Source: a virus
Reading direction: 5' to 3' (one strand)
IMG/VR virus record: IMGVR_UViG_3300030102_006951
Location: 94,421-158,420 of that record
Length of the DNA: 64,000 nucleotides
This document shows positions 1-9,574 of this stretch, in pieces. Both the position numbers and the translations under genes were made by a program. Numbering within the stretch: position 1 is the stretch's first letter; each line of letters begins with the position of its first letter. The notes below the pieces were generated by a model that was not told the origin of the DNA, searched no databases, and worked only from the letters and a program-made list of their open reading frames with translations.

Positions 1-96
1 TTCATCCTCTGAATTTAAATAATTTAAAACAGCCGTTTCTTGTTCTGGACCAAAGTATAAATTACTAGTCCGTTTACGTCCACGTTTCTTAGCCAT
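1..96 (-). CDS. 5' part of a phage protein running off the window (possibly a sigma-factor-like transcription protein)
   Basis: ATG at 96-94 gives MAKKRGRKRTSNLYFGPEQETAVLNYLNSEDE, open to the window edge; the function is a weak guess from the N-terminus only. Confidence 0.5.
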   Translation of the reverse strand, partial: MAKKRGRKRTSNLYFGPEQETAVLNYLNSEDE

Positions 97-100
97 TTTA

Positions 101-907
101 TTAAGTTGTTTCTTCGTATGTTATCTCTCTTTCGTTATCAAAATAATATTCTTTTTTAGCTTGTGCTAACCACCAGTTAGCCTCAACTGGGTCCATTTCT
201 TCTTTATATTTAACAAAAAGAGAGTCTGGCCTTTGATTTAAATGTTTATAACCTAATTTAGGTATAACCATAACTTTTTGGTCTTTGAAAGTGATTCTAA
301 GTAAAAATTCATAAATGAATGTTAACTTAATATTTGATTTTAATCCACCACTTTCATTAAATGCTTCGGTTTTCATTGTTATACCATCAATATTAAAGTT
401 TTGGAATGATAATAATGCGTTGTTATCTAAAACGCCTAATTCATCTGAAAAACTGTTGGCCCATACTGCCTCATTTGTTAAGCCCATAAACGAACCGTCT
501 TTTTGGTTAACGTCAATTATAATGGGCATGAATACATCAACATCTTTATGGGCTTCTTTGTATTTAACTACGTTTTTAAACCACTTACTTGAGTACTCAT
601 CATCAAACTCTAAAATACTAAACCACTCTGTTTTGCACTGAGAAACACCATAGTTAACTTGACTTGAGAAATCAGTTCCTCCAGGATTTTCAAGTATTGT
701 TGTTTTAACACCATGACTTGTTAAGTCCATATCTTTTAGTTTTTTATAAACATCTGAGCCTTTTGGCGTTACAATTAATACTGAATCTGGTTTTACTTCT
801 TGATTTCCAATACTTGTCATTGCATTATTGAATAATTTCATATTTTCTTCACCCACCAATTCATGCACTGGTAGAACTACTGATATATTTGTTTTTTTAT
901 TTGCCAT
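101..907 (-). CDS. GT-A fold glycosyltransferase (GT2-like)
   Basis: N-terminal ISVVLPVH, VNYGVSQCKTEWFSILEFDD (DxD-like), late YEFLLR segment. Confidence 0.8.
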   Translation of the reverse strand: MANKKTNISVVLPVHELVGEENMKLFNNAMTSIGNQEVKPDSVLIVTPKGSDVYKKLKDMDLTSHGVKTTILENPGGTDFSSQVNYGVSQCKTEWFSILEFDDEYSSKWFKNVVKYKEAHKDVDVFMPIIIDVNQKDGSFMGLTNEAVWANSFSDELGVLDNNALLSFQNFNIDGITMKTEAFNESGGLKSNIKLTFIYEFLLRITFKDQKVMVIPKLGYKHLNQRPDSLFVKYKEEMDPVEANWWLAQAKKEYYFDNEREITYEETT

Positions 908-920
908 TTCTATTTATTTA

Positions 921-2036
921 TTATTGAGCCACTTCTGTTATTTGCTCTAAAACGTTATTAAATTCTGAAAGTCTGTTTTTAACTAATGTGCCGTAAACAT
1001 TTTCAATAATCTCTTTTTGATTTTCTGCTGTATACGTGTTTTTAGTTGATTCCATACCATCCAATAAATCTTGTGGTACTGTGTCTTCAAGCCAAACTTT
1101 CATATAAGTTGCTATTAATTCTGGAATATTTAAGTGGGTATTTGTCCAAACACCGTTATTTTTAATCTTACCATTACCCTCAGCGTCTATCTCTTCCATC
1201 CACTCAGGAATCATATTTGGCATTTTACCAATTACTGGTGTGTTGCATTGAATGGCTTCTAGTGGGAAGGTGCCAAATCCAGCTCTGTCATCTAACCACA
1301 CAGCTAGACATGATTTGCCTAACTCTTCAGCAAACTGTCTTTTTGGGATTCCTCTTAGTTCTTTAAATGTTATCCACTTATATAATGGGTTTTGTAAGTA
1401 AAACATTTTAGCTATTTTAGCTGCGTCACCCTGTTCTCTAGCTACAATACTAACCACTGGTATTTTAGGTTTATCAGAGTCAACAAAATAATCGGATATA
1501 CTTATTGGTACCGTATATGTGTTAATTGACGGGAACATACTTTTCAAATATTCACCTTGTTTTTTAGATGTAGTAATAACATCATTAAAACCATAATCCG
1601 TCCACCTTCTACCTATCGGTAGTAATTCAGTGATGTAGTCATAACTTTGAGATATAACTATTTTTTTACATGGGAATTGTTTGACTTGGTCCATTAAGTT
1701 TGAAAAGACTTCTGGAACTATTATAAAGTCTTGTGGGCCAACATTTAATTGTTGCGATTCTATAGACATGTGTGGTAGTTTAGTGTATTCCTCACCTAAC
1801 CAATCAGATAGCCCCATGCCCTCTGAGTCACCATGCATTTTATAGTCATTTTTTTCGTGTAATATAGTCGCACTGTAACCAAGTTCATTTAGAACCTTAA
1901 CATGCTCATAGATATTTGCAACGCCAGCTGTTGGGTTACCTTTAGTGTCTAGTGTGAAAAAATATAATCCAAATTCTTTATTTTCTAGTTTGGATATGAT
2001 TTCTTCCACTGTTGATTTTTTTACTTTTTCACTCAT
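921..2036 (-). CDS. GT-B fold glycosyltransferase (GT4-like)
   Basis: GVANIYEHV..LNELG at the N-terminus; GFGTFPLEAIQCNTPVIG matches the GT4 E-x7-E-like region. Confidence 0.75.
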   Translation of the reverse strand: MSEKVKKSTVEEIISKLENKEFGLYFFTLDTKGNPTAGVANIYEHVKVLNELGYSATILHEKNDYKMHGDSEGMGLSDWLGEEYTKLPHMSIESQQLNVGPQDFIIVPEVFSNLMDQVKQFPCKKIVISQSYDYITELLPIGRRWTDYGFNDVITTSKKQGEYLKSMFPSINTYTVPISISDYFVDSDKPKIPVVSIVAREQGDAAKIAKMFYLQNPLYKWITFKELRGIPKRQFAEELGKSCLAVWLDDRAGFGTFPLEAIQCNTPVIGKMPNMIPEWMEEIDAEGNGKIKNNGVWTNTHLNIPELIATYMKVWLEDTVPQDLLDGMESTKNTYTAENQKEIIENVYGTLVKNRLSEFNNVLEQITEVAQ

Positions 2037-2068
2037 TTTTTTTAATTATTTGATTATTATTTAAATTA

Positions 2069-2416
2069 TTATTCTATTTCAACTATAATTCCATAGTCTA
2101 ATAGAGTGTTAAATGCCATTTTAAATGGTAGCGGGGCCGAATCAAGTGCTCTTGCTAAACCTAAGGTTGAATCTACTTCCTCGTTGTAAACTAAAACCAC
2201 TTCCATGAACCCTCTAATTGATTCATATTTGGTTGCATCTATTTCTCTGGACCTCGGACTTTTTGTTTTTATAATTTCTTTGGTTACTAACTTATCATTA
2301 GAATCAGTTGTTATTTTTTCTTGAAATTCTTCAAATGTATCAGGATTATTTACCCTAATTATTTTTTCTAAAGCGTCTAAATCAAACTTAAATATTTTAC
2401 CGCCAATATCTAACAT
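2069..2416 (-). CDS. hypothetical phage protein
   Basis: 115-aa ORF tightly packed in the operon. Confidence 0.7.
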   Translation of the reverse strand: MLDIGGKIFKFDLDALEKIIRVNNPDTFEEFQEKITTDSNDKLVTKEIIKTKSPRSREIDATKYESIRGFMEVVLVYNEEVDSTLGLARALDSAPLPFKMAFNTLLDYGIIVEIE

Positions 2417-2417
2417 A

Positions 2418-3023
2418 TTATTTAATTTCTTCGTATGTTGTTATCCTTGTGTTTAAAATTTTTTCTCTTAAATCACTATCTTTGATAAAGTCAATAATAC
2501 TATCTAGTTCAAAATCAGAACCTGAAGTTTTATTGTAGCTTGAGTTTACTTTAACCGATATTTTTTCATTTGGTTTGGTTTCTAAAGCTTTTGGATTTGC
2601 TGTGATTAGTAAATCAATGTTATCCCAAATATCTTCATACTTTGAAACAAAAATTATCTTGTCTGCCCTACAACCTAACTTGGATAAGAAAAAGTATGTT
2701 GACGGTATACTTTTAGCGACTTCTTTAGAGGTTATTATTATTTCATGTTCCTCCTCATCTTTTATGTCCATCAAAAACATATTTAATTGAGCCATTAAGT
2801 TTTCGTGTAATTGGTCCGCATGTCCGAACACTTCTAAAGATGCTTCCATAAATAAAAATTTATTCATGTCATCCACCGTTTCAAATTTAAAATGTTTGAT
2901 TAAATCAAAACTATCTACTGGGTTTTCTTCAATATCTAGTTCACCAATATATTTTTCATACGTGTATGCGAACTGACCTATAAAGTCTCTTAAAACCTCA
3001 TTAATATCTATACCAATTTTCAT
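2418..3023 (-). CDS. HAD-superfamily 5'(3')-deoxyribonucleotidase-like protein
   Basis: MKIGIDINEVLRDF resembles the NT5C motif I, with DxD replaced by DxN. Confidence 0.65.
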   Translation of the reverse strand: MKIGIDINEVLRDFIGQFAYTYEKYIGELDIEENPVDSFDLIKHFKFETVDDMNKFLFMEASLEVFGHADQLHENLMAQLNMFLMDIKDEEEHEIIITSKEVAKSIPSTYFFLSKLGCRADKIIFVSKYEDIWDNIDLLITANPKALETKPNEKISVKVNSSYNKTSGSDFELDSIIDFIKDSDLREKILNTRITTYEEIK

Positions 3024-3060
3024 ATTAATAAGAATACCCTAATTTAGGCTAAAGTAAAGT

Positions 3061-3909
3061 TTAAATATTAAATTTTCGTTTTAAGAAAATATTTATTCTT
3101 CTAATTAATTTTATCTTTTTATTTTTTCTTTTTGATTTGTTTTTAATAGAATCGATTTTTACATGATTTTTATTATCTATCATGTTATCTGTATTATCAT
3201 AATTATTAAGAATTTTAGATATGATTGGGTTTCTAACTATGTCTTCGATTTTAAATTCAAAGAACCCAATCTCAGATATATTTCTATGTCTATTCATTGC
3301 ATCATATAACCCGCTTTGTTTTACATTTTTATATCTATCTGATTGGTCTAGGTCTCCAGATAATACGTACTTTGAATTTTCACCTATTCTGGTTAAAATT
3401 GTTTTTACTTGTTCTGGTGACATGTTTTGGACTTCTTCCACAATAACTACTGAATTATCAATTGTCTTGCCTCTTATGAAACCTAGTGGTTCAACTTTAA
3501 TTATCTCTAATTCTTCTAATTTCTGCCTATTAGATTTACCAATTATTTTATCAATAATATCTAATGATGAAGCAACGTGAGGTTCCATTTTTTCTTTCAT
3601 GTCACCTGGTAGATGACCTAGCTTTTCCCCAGCTTCTATGGCTGGCTTTGTAATTATTAATGTTTTATATGGGGTTGTTTTGTTTTGTATTAATTCAATA
3701 CCTCTTGCAATTGCTATATAACTTTTACCTACACCAGCTGGTCCAGCAGCAATTATAATTTCTTTTTCATTGATTAAATTTGCAAATTCTTTTTGTTTTA
3801 TGTTTTTACATTTTAACCTGTGTTTTTTTGTGAGAACTGAATCTATAACCCTATTTTGTTTTTTGGTTTCTAAAATTGATGATGGGGCTCTTCTTTGTGT
3901 TTTTGGCAT
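3061..3909 (-). CDS. phoH: PhoH-like ATPase
   Basis: GPAGVGKS Walker A, GEKLGHLPGD, FIRGKTI, EEVQN, LTRIGE, GDLDQSD, DIVRNP. Confidence 0.93.
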   Translation of the reverse strand: MPKTQRRAPSSILETKKQNRVIDSVLTKKHRLKCKNIKQKEFANLINEKEIIIAAGPAGVGKSYIAIARGIELIQNKTTPYKTLIITKPAIEAGEKLGHLPGDMKEKMEPHVASSLDIIDKIIGKSNRQKLEELEIIKVEPLGFIRGKTIDNSVVIVEEVQNMSPEQVKTILTRIGENSKYVLSGDLDQSDRYKNVKQSGLYDAMNRHRNISEIGFFEFKIEDIVRNPIISKILNNYDNTDNMIDNKNHVKIDSIKNKSKRKNKKIKLIRRINIFLKRKFNI

Positions 3910-3912
3910 ATA

Positions 3913-4887
3913 TTACCTTTTTGACTCTTTATTTTTGTATTTTTTATCCAACTCTTCTAGTCGGTACTTTTCTAATAAATATTCGCCATTTATGATAACT
4001 TCACATTTAAATTTAATTATATAGTGCCCATCAAACTCAACTACCTTGTCAAATTCTTTTATATCGTATTGAAATAAATAGAAATCTTTAACACCAATGT
4101 CTTTATATGTTGTAAACCCAACACCTTTGATGTCTAACATACTTGACTTTTTTGGGGTTTTTAAACACTTTTTTAACTCAGATATAAATAACCTACTTTT
4201 TCTATCATACTCATCTGGATACTTACTAACATAAAACTCTATTAACCTTTCATTATCATTTATAATTCTAATATTCATTTTATTTGTAAATGATTCAATT
4301 TCAAATTTACTCCTTGAATCCCTAATTACTTTAATAGGTTTTTCAGCTTTTATAGTTGAATGGTATTTTTCGCTATCTATTTCTCCTAGTGTTGCTGATG
4401 TGGTATCTTTATTTGATATGATTGATTCTGACCTTTCATTAGAATTGTATTCACTTATATTTTTATTTGATAATATATCATCGCTACTTAGTGTTATTTC
4501 TTTATTATCAATAACCATCTCAAGTGGGTAGTTGTCTTCTTTGTCTAGTTTAATCTTTTTCAAACCGCTTTTAATTGTTGCTGAAGTACTTTTTTTAACA
4601 TTTAAGTCATGATAGCCTTCACTATCTGTTGATAGTGATTTTATCATCATCTTATCCGAAGCCTCTAATATTTTAAATAGTCTCCACCTTAGCTCTTTAA
4701 CTTCTTGAGTTATTTCACCCCTATTTAAAGAGTCTGCAAGTGTACCTTGATTGTGTCTTTGGAATTTGCCGATAGCACCTTCCAATTCCTCTGATGATTG
4801 TCCTAGTAAATCTTTTTCAACGCTAGCGGTAGCTAAGGCTATAGTTGCCATCTTTCTTCTTAGCCAATTAACAGTCTTTTTTATCAT
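3913..4887 (-). CDS. hypothetical phage protein
   Basis: 324-aa ORF in operon; no recognisable motif. Confidence 0.7.
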   Translation of the reverse strand: MIKKTVNWLRRKMATIALATASVEKDLLGQSSEELEGAIGKFQRHNQGTLADSLNRGEITQEVKELRWRLFKILEASDKMMIKSLSTDSEGYHDLNVKKSTSATIKSGLKKIKLDKEDNYPLEMVIDNKEITLSSDDILSNKNISEYNSNERSESIISNKDTTSATLGEIDSEKYHSTIKAEKPIKVIRDSRSKFEIESFTNKMNIRIINDNERLIEFYVSKYPDEYDRKSRLFISELKKCLKTPKKSSMLDIKGVGFTTYKDIGVKDFYLFQYDIKEFDKVVEFDGHYIIKFKCEVIINGEYLLEKYRLEELDKKYKNKESKR

Positions 4888-4898
4888 AAAATTTTATT

Positions 4899-5987
4899 TT
4901 AACGTTTATTCACTAGTTCCCTAGTATTTGGTTCAGAACCAAATTCTCTACGATAAACAGTTTTTCCGTTATCTGGACTTTCATAGACGTAAACTTTATT
5001 TTTCACTTGTTCATCTATCCATTCATAAGTTTTTTTCATACCTTCTATAAGTGGTTGAGAGACTGCCCACCCTATTTTTTCATTATAAAGTTTATTGTCA
5101 GAATTTCTACCTCTAACACCTAACGGACATTTAAAACCATATTTTTCAATAAAATCTTGTCCGTCTATATTACTAATTTTAACATCTTTATTTGATATGT
5201 CAATAGCCATTTGTGCGAGTTCATTAATAGTTACCATTTCTTCAGAACCTATATTGACAGGGCCTATAAAATCTGATTCCATAAGACGAAGCACTGCTTC
5301 TACACATTCGTCTACATATAAAAATGAACGGGTCTGTTTTCCATCACCCCAGACTTCTACCGTTTTGTTTGATTCTGATACTTTCCTACACATAGCTGCT
5401 GGAGCTTTTTCCTTACCCCCTGTCCACGTACCCATAGGTCCAAATATATTATGAAATCTTGCGATTCGAACATTTAAACCATAGTTACGACTAAAGGATA
5501 AAAATAATCTTTCAGAAAATAGTTTTTCCCATCCATATTCCGAATCTGGGTTGGCGGGGTAAGCTGATGATTCTTCACAATTAGGACTATTAGAATCAAG
5601 TTGATTATGTTCTGGATACATACATGCGGAAGAGGAGTAGAAAACTTTTTTTACTTTCTTTTTAGTACACTCATGAACAACATTCAAATTAATTAATGCG
5701 GAATTGTGCATGACGTTAGCATCATTTTCACCTGTAAATATATAACCAGCACCGCCCATATCTGCGGCTAATTGATAAACCTCGTCTACATCATCACCTA
5801 TAACTTCTGACACTACTTTAGCATCCCTCAAATCCCCTTTAAAAAATTTGTCACATATGTCATCGTGATTGAAGAATTCATGATTTTTTATATCACAAAT
5901 TATTACTGTATTACCTTCTTTTTTTAATCTTTTCGCAAGATGACCTCCGATAAAGCCACCCCCACCTAGAACTACTATTTTTTTCAT
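4899..5987 (-). CDS. NAD-dependent epimerase, GDP-mannose 3,5-epimerase-like
   Basis: GGGGFIG, LAADMGG, SSACMYP, YGWEK, RFHNIFGP.GTW.GGKEKAPAAMCRK, GVRGRNSDN: GME signature segments including the catalytic Cys, Tyr and Lys. Confidence 0.88.
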   Translation of the reverse strand: MKKIVVLGGGGFIGGHLAKRLKKEGNTVIICDIKNHEFFNHDDICDKFFKGDLRDAKVVSEVIGDDVDEVYQLAADMGGAGYIFTGENDANVMHNSALINLNVVHECTKKKVKKVFYSSSACMYPEHNQLDSNSPNCEESSAYPANPDSEYGWEKLFSERLFLSFSRNYGLNVRIARFHNIFGPMGTWTGGKEKAPAAMCRKVSESNKTVEVWGDGKQTRSFLYVDECVEAVLRLMESDFIGPVNIGSEEMVTINELAQMAIDISNKDVKISNIDGQDFIEKYGFKCPLGVRGRNSDNKLYNEKIGWAVSQPLIEGMKKTYEWIDEQVKNKVYVYESPDNGKTVYRREFGSEPNTRELVNKR

Positions 5988-6038
5988 ATTTTAATTATAC
6001 TATTAAAATTACATAAAGTAAAGATTGTATTTACAATA

Positions 6039-6131
6039 TTACATCAGTATCCTAAATAGATTATACCCCATTAATAAATTTTTCACAACTTTCTCAGGGC
6101 CATTCTGGTCTTGTGAGATATAAATTTGCAA
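6039..6131 (-). pseudogene. possible 30-codon gene remnant
   Basis: TTG-start ORF LQIYISQDQNGPEKVVKNLLMGYNLFRILM fills the gap in an otherwise tightly packed operon. Confidence 0.3.
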
Positions 6132-6133
6132 TG

Positions 6134-6757
6134 TTACTTCACCCATATCATTCCCCATTTATCTTTTCTGTTTATGTCTATATCGTTGTGTATTTCACAC
6201 TCTTCCCACGATGTATATATTTCTGGTTTTTTTAAATATTCATCACCATATATAACACCAAAATCAGTATATCCAATAGATTTTAAATGTTCACAAGTTT
6301 TATTAATGTTAACATATTGTTCTTCAGCCCATTCAAAACAAATTTCTTTCTGCTTATTTGACAGTCCCTTTATAACTTCTAATTCATACCCTTCAACGTC
6401 AATCTTAATTAAGTCTGGTGTTTTGTGGTTAATAACTAAATCATCTAAGCTTATAGTGTTTTTAACAATAGTAGAGTTCCATTTGTAATTATTAGAAAAT
6501 CTAGAATTATTAATCCAATCAATACTAGCGGTAGATATTGTGTCTGCATTGCTTATGTGAAATTGAATTTTTTTATTACTTTCAGTAGAAACTAAATCTT
6601 CAATTATAACCACATTTTTATTAAAAAATTTCTTTTTTAACTTATTATATAACTCTATATTTGGCTCAACTGAAATAACTTTGCAATTTGGATATAATTC
6701 TAAACATTTATCTGTAAAATTACCCACGTTTGCACCTACATCAAAAATCAAATCCAT
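6134..6757 (-). CDS. FkbM-family methyltransferase
   Basis: FDVGANVG, SVEPN, LIKIDVEGYE. Confidence 0.9.
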   Translation of the reverse strand: MDLIFDVGANVGNFTDKCLELYPNCKVISVEPNIELYNKLKKKFFNKNVVIIEDLVSTESNKKIQFHISNADTISTASIDWINNSRFSNNYKWNSTIVKNTISLDDLVINHKTPDLIKIDVEGYELEVIKGLSNKQKEICFEWAEEQYVNINKTCEHLKSIGYTDFGVIYGDEYLKKPEIYTSWEECEIHNDIDINRKDKWGMIWVK

Positions 6758-6759
6758 AA

Positions 6760-7389
6760 TTAATTATTTTTTATATAAAAAGCATCTCCCCATTCATAGG
6801 GTGTCATTTTTATTTCAACTCTTTTAAATCCAAATTGAGACAAATATTCATCTATCTCTTCTATTTTGGCGCACTTTTTGTAAACCTCTCCAGAATTAAC
6901 TTCAGTATAAATGTAGTCTATTTTTTCTAAAGAATTTTTCATACCTTTCAATGCTAACAATTCAGCACCTTGTATGTCTAAGTTTAAAAAATTATAATCA
7001 TAAGGATTGAATCCTTCCTCTTCAAAAAAAGTGTCAATTTTTTTAGTTTTAACAATTTTTTTATCAACTACGGTTATGTGGGGGTGATGCTTTGTATGTT
7101 TTCCCATCTCTAAAATTGAAGAAGACTCCCCATTGCTAGCCACATGGAAATCAATCTCTTTACCGTCTATATCAGATGCAGCAAAACAATAAGATTTATG
7201 TAATGGGTATTTATTAATAATCAGACTTAATTCTTTAAACGTATCAATGTCGGCCTCTACCCACAAAACATCTTTGACACCAGACTGTACATAAGAGTCT
7301 GCTTCTTGAGCATGGTGAGCGCCAACGTGTAATATTCCCCTTGGTGTTATTCCGTACTTATTTACTATATCTTTAAATTTAATTAGCAT
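6760..7389 (-). CDS. FkbM-family methyltransferase
   Basis: LHVGAH, SSSIL, NLDIQGAELLALKG, YTEVN, WGDAFY. Confidence 0.9.
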   Translation of the reverse strand: MLIKFKDIVNKYGITPRGILHVGAHHAQEADSYVQSGVKDVLWVEADIDTFKELSLIINKYPLHKSYCFAASDIDGKEIDFHVASNGESSSILEMGKHTKHHPHITVVDKKIVKTKKIDTFFEEEGFNPYDYNFLNLDIQGAELLALKGMKNSLEKIDYIYTEVNSGEVYKKCAKIEEIDEYLSQFGFKRVEIKMTPYEWGDAFYIKNN

Positions 7390-7390
7390 A

Positions 7391-8059
7391 TTAATTGTAT
7401 TTTTCTAAAATTTGTTTTAAATCATATTTCTTTGTATTAAAGTTGCTGCCCTTATGTATTCTATGTAACACTAACTCTTCTTTTATATTCATAAACTTAG
7501 CCCCGTGTTTCATTAACCTTAACCAAAAATCAAAGTCTTCAATACCAGATAATTTTTCGTCCCACCCATTAATTTTTTTAGCAATGCTTGTTTTTAAAAT
7601 AGCAGAACTATTTGCAATTTGATTATCACCCATCATTGAGCGTGAAAATATTTCATCATGTTCTGCACACAAATTTGGTTGTCCTGTTATTATTTCAGAT
7701 TCATTACAGTAAAATATTTTAGAACCTATAACATCGTATTTCCCAGTTTTAGAAAACTTATTTTGTATTTCAAGTTTTTTTGGTAACCATATATCGTCAT
7801 CATCCTGAATTGCAATCCATTCACCCCTAACTTCTTTTAATAATTTGTTTAATGTTTTTGATTTACCTTTATCTAACCCATAATCAAAAACTCTAATTCT
7901 TTTATCGTTATAATTTTTAACAATATTTTTTGAATTGTCGTTTGTTCCATTAAAACCAATAAGTAATTCCCAATCTGTATATGTTTGGTTTATTATTGAA
8001 TCAATGGATTTACTAATATATTTTTCACCGTTGTATGTTGCTAATAATATTGATATCAT
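7391..8059 (-). CDS. glycosyltransferase family 2
   Basis: ISILLATYNGEKYI, IAIQDDDDIW, EDFDFWLR. Confidence 0.92.
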   Translation of the reverse strand: MISILLATYNGEKYISKSIDSIINQTYTDWELLIGFNGTNDNSKNIVKNYNDKRIRVFDYGLDKGKSKTLNKLLKEVRGEWIAIQDDDDIWLPKKLEIQNKFSKTGKYDVIGSKIFYCNESEIITGQPNLCAEHDEIFSRSMMGDNQIANSSAILKTSIAKKINGWDEKLSGIEDFDFWLRLMKHGAKFMNIKEELVLHRIHKGSNFNTKKYDLKQILEKYN

Positions 8060-8070
8060 AAATTACTTAT

Positions 8071-8889
8071 TTAAATTACAATCCAGTTTGTTTCGTATAT
8101 ATCTTTAACATCTTTAGGTCCTTTAGGTCCAAACCATATTCTGGGTGCAATTACCTTATTATTGTGTGGGCATAAATAAGCTCCCCACCAGCTGAAACTA
8201 CTATTAGCTATAATGTGATTATTAGACTGTACTAGTAAACATAAATCATCTATTTCATTTTTAAAAGGTGAATAATATATATTTTTAGCTTTAAAGTTAT
8301 CTTTGCACCACTCAATATCGTCTGATACAAATATAAATTTAGTATTATTATCACCTATAATATCCATACTTTTTTTATAATAATCAACGCTACATGTTGG
8401 GTGGTAACCTGGGTTATTAAGGTAATCACCTCTACGAACATGAACAGATGTTATATTATTATCATTTCCAATATTATTTACAAAATCACAAACTCTATCT
8501 ACCCTTTCTTTTGAGAAATGAAAAAGTTTTGATATTTCATTTTTAAAATCGTGAAAATACTTTGAGCTTTGGAAGTAGCCGAATATTTCCAACCCCTCCG
8601 ACCATTTTTTAGTGGGTGCAATTTCTGAATAAGAAAAACCATTTTCTTTATATTTGTGTTTTAAATTACCAATATTTTGGTTTGGGATATTTTTAAAGAA
8701 GTCATTTTTGTATGTGTTCGACACATTTCCCTGTAATTGTGTATCACATTTATTAAAATCAAACGTACATTTAACACTTTTATAGTCTTCTGGGTATAAC
8801 TCTTTTAACTTCATGGTTAAACCCTTTGCGGCTGCTATCTGAAACATTTGGTTGCCGATGCCTCCCATTAATTGTGCTGTAATAATCAT
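8071..8889 (-). CDS. alpha-1,2-fucosyltransferase-like, GT11
   Basis: GGIGNQMFQ, GYFQS, HVRRGDY, SDDIEWC, NSSFSWWGAYL. Confidence 0.92.
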   Translation of the reverse strand: MIITAQLMGGIGNQMFQIAAAKGLTMKLKELYPEDYKSVKCTFDFNKCDTQLQGNVSNTYKNDFFKNIPNQNIGNLKHKYKENGFSYSEIAPTKKWSEGLEIFGYFQSSKYFHDFKNEISKLFHFSKERVDRVCDFVNNIGNDNNITSVHVRRGDYLNNPGYHPTCSVDYYKKSMDIIGDNNTKFIFVSDDIEWCKDNFKAKNIYYSPFKNEIDDLCLLVQSNNHIIANSSFSWWGAYLCPHNNKVIAPRIWFGPKGPKDVKDIYETNWIVI

Positions 8890-8896
8890 AATTATA

Positions 8897-9574
8897 TTAA
8901 TTTCTAACTTCTTCGTGGTTTTTATCTAATGCTATTAATTTCTTATCAAATGGTATATTCATACTTTCACCATAACAATAACTGGGGTTAAGAATCTTAG
9001 TTGGTGTGTTGTCAAAGAAATATCTATTCATGTGACTTTCATCATGCCACTTAGCGATAATACCATTTTTAAAATCAATGTCAATATTATCTGCTAAGTT
9101 TTTAGCCATTTTTAAATACTCTTCACTTGTACCGCCATTAAAACCACCAGCAAAATACTGATTTTGGTCGTTTGGGTCTATGTAAGCTAATGAATTTGGG
9201 TTGGTTTCTGGAGTTCCTTTACTACCATAGAAACCAGGGTGTTGTGTTGCAACTCTTTCTGAAATTATTTCATCACCAACCTCACTAACGAATTTCATAT
9301 CGGCATCTGAATAAAATAAATAATCCATTTCAGATAATTCTTTTCTTGACTCGTTAAATATTTTATATCTACCTAGTGTCATCCATGGCCAATCTTTATG
9401 TTCAACATTTATTTTAACCACATTTCTTTCAGTGAATAACTCAACATCTTCATTGGTAAATACAAAGTATGTAACCTCTTGATTTTTAAGTAAAAATTTA
9501 TCAGCGCTAGTTATGAGTGGTTGTAAAAATCTAATATACTTGTTTGTTGCTATAATTAATAAACCTATTTTCAT
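8897..9574 (-). CDS. GT6 (ABO/alpha-1,3-Gal(NAc) transferase family)
   Basis: IGLLIIATNKY, YFVFT, DAD, HPGFY, YFAGGFNGG, AKWHDESHMNRYF, KILNPSY, ALDKNH. Confidence 0.9.
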   Translation of the reverse strand: MKIGLLIIATNKYIRFLQPLITSADKFLLKNQEVTYFVFTNEDVELFTERNVVKINVEHKDWPWMTLGRYKIFNESRKELSEMDYLFYSDADMKFVSEVGDEIISERVATQHPGFYGSKGTPETNPNSLAYIDPNDQNQYFAGGFNGGTSEEYLKMAKNLADNIDIDFKNGIIAKWHDESHMNRYFFDNTPTKILNPSYCYGESMNIPFDKKLIALDKNHEEVRN

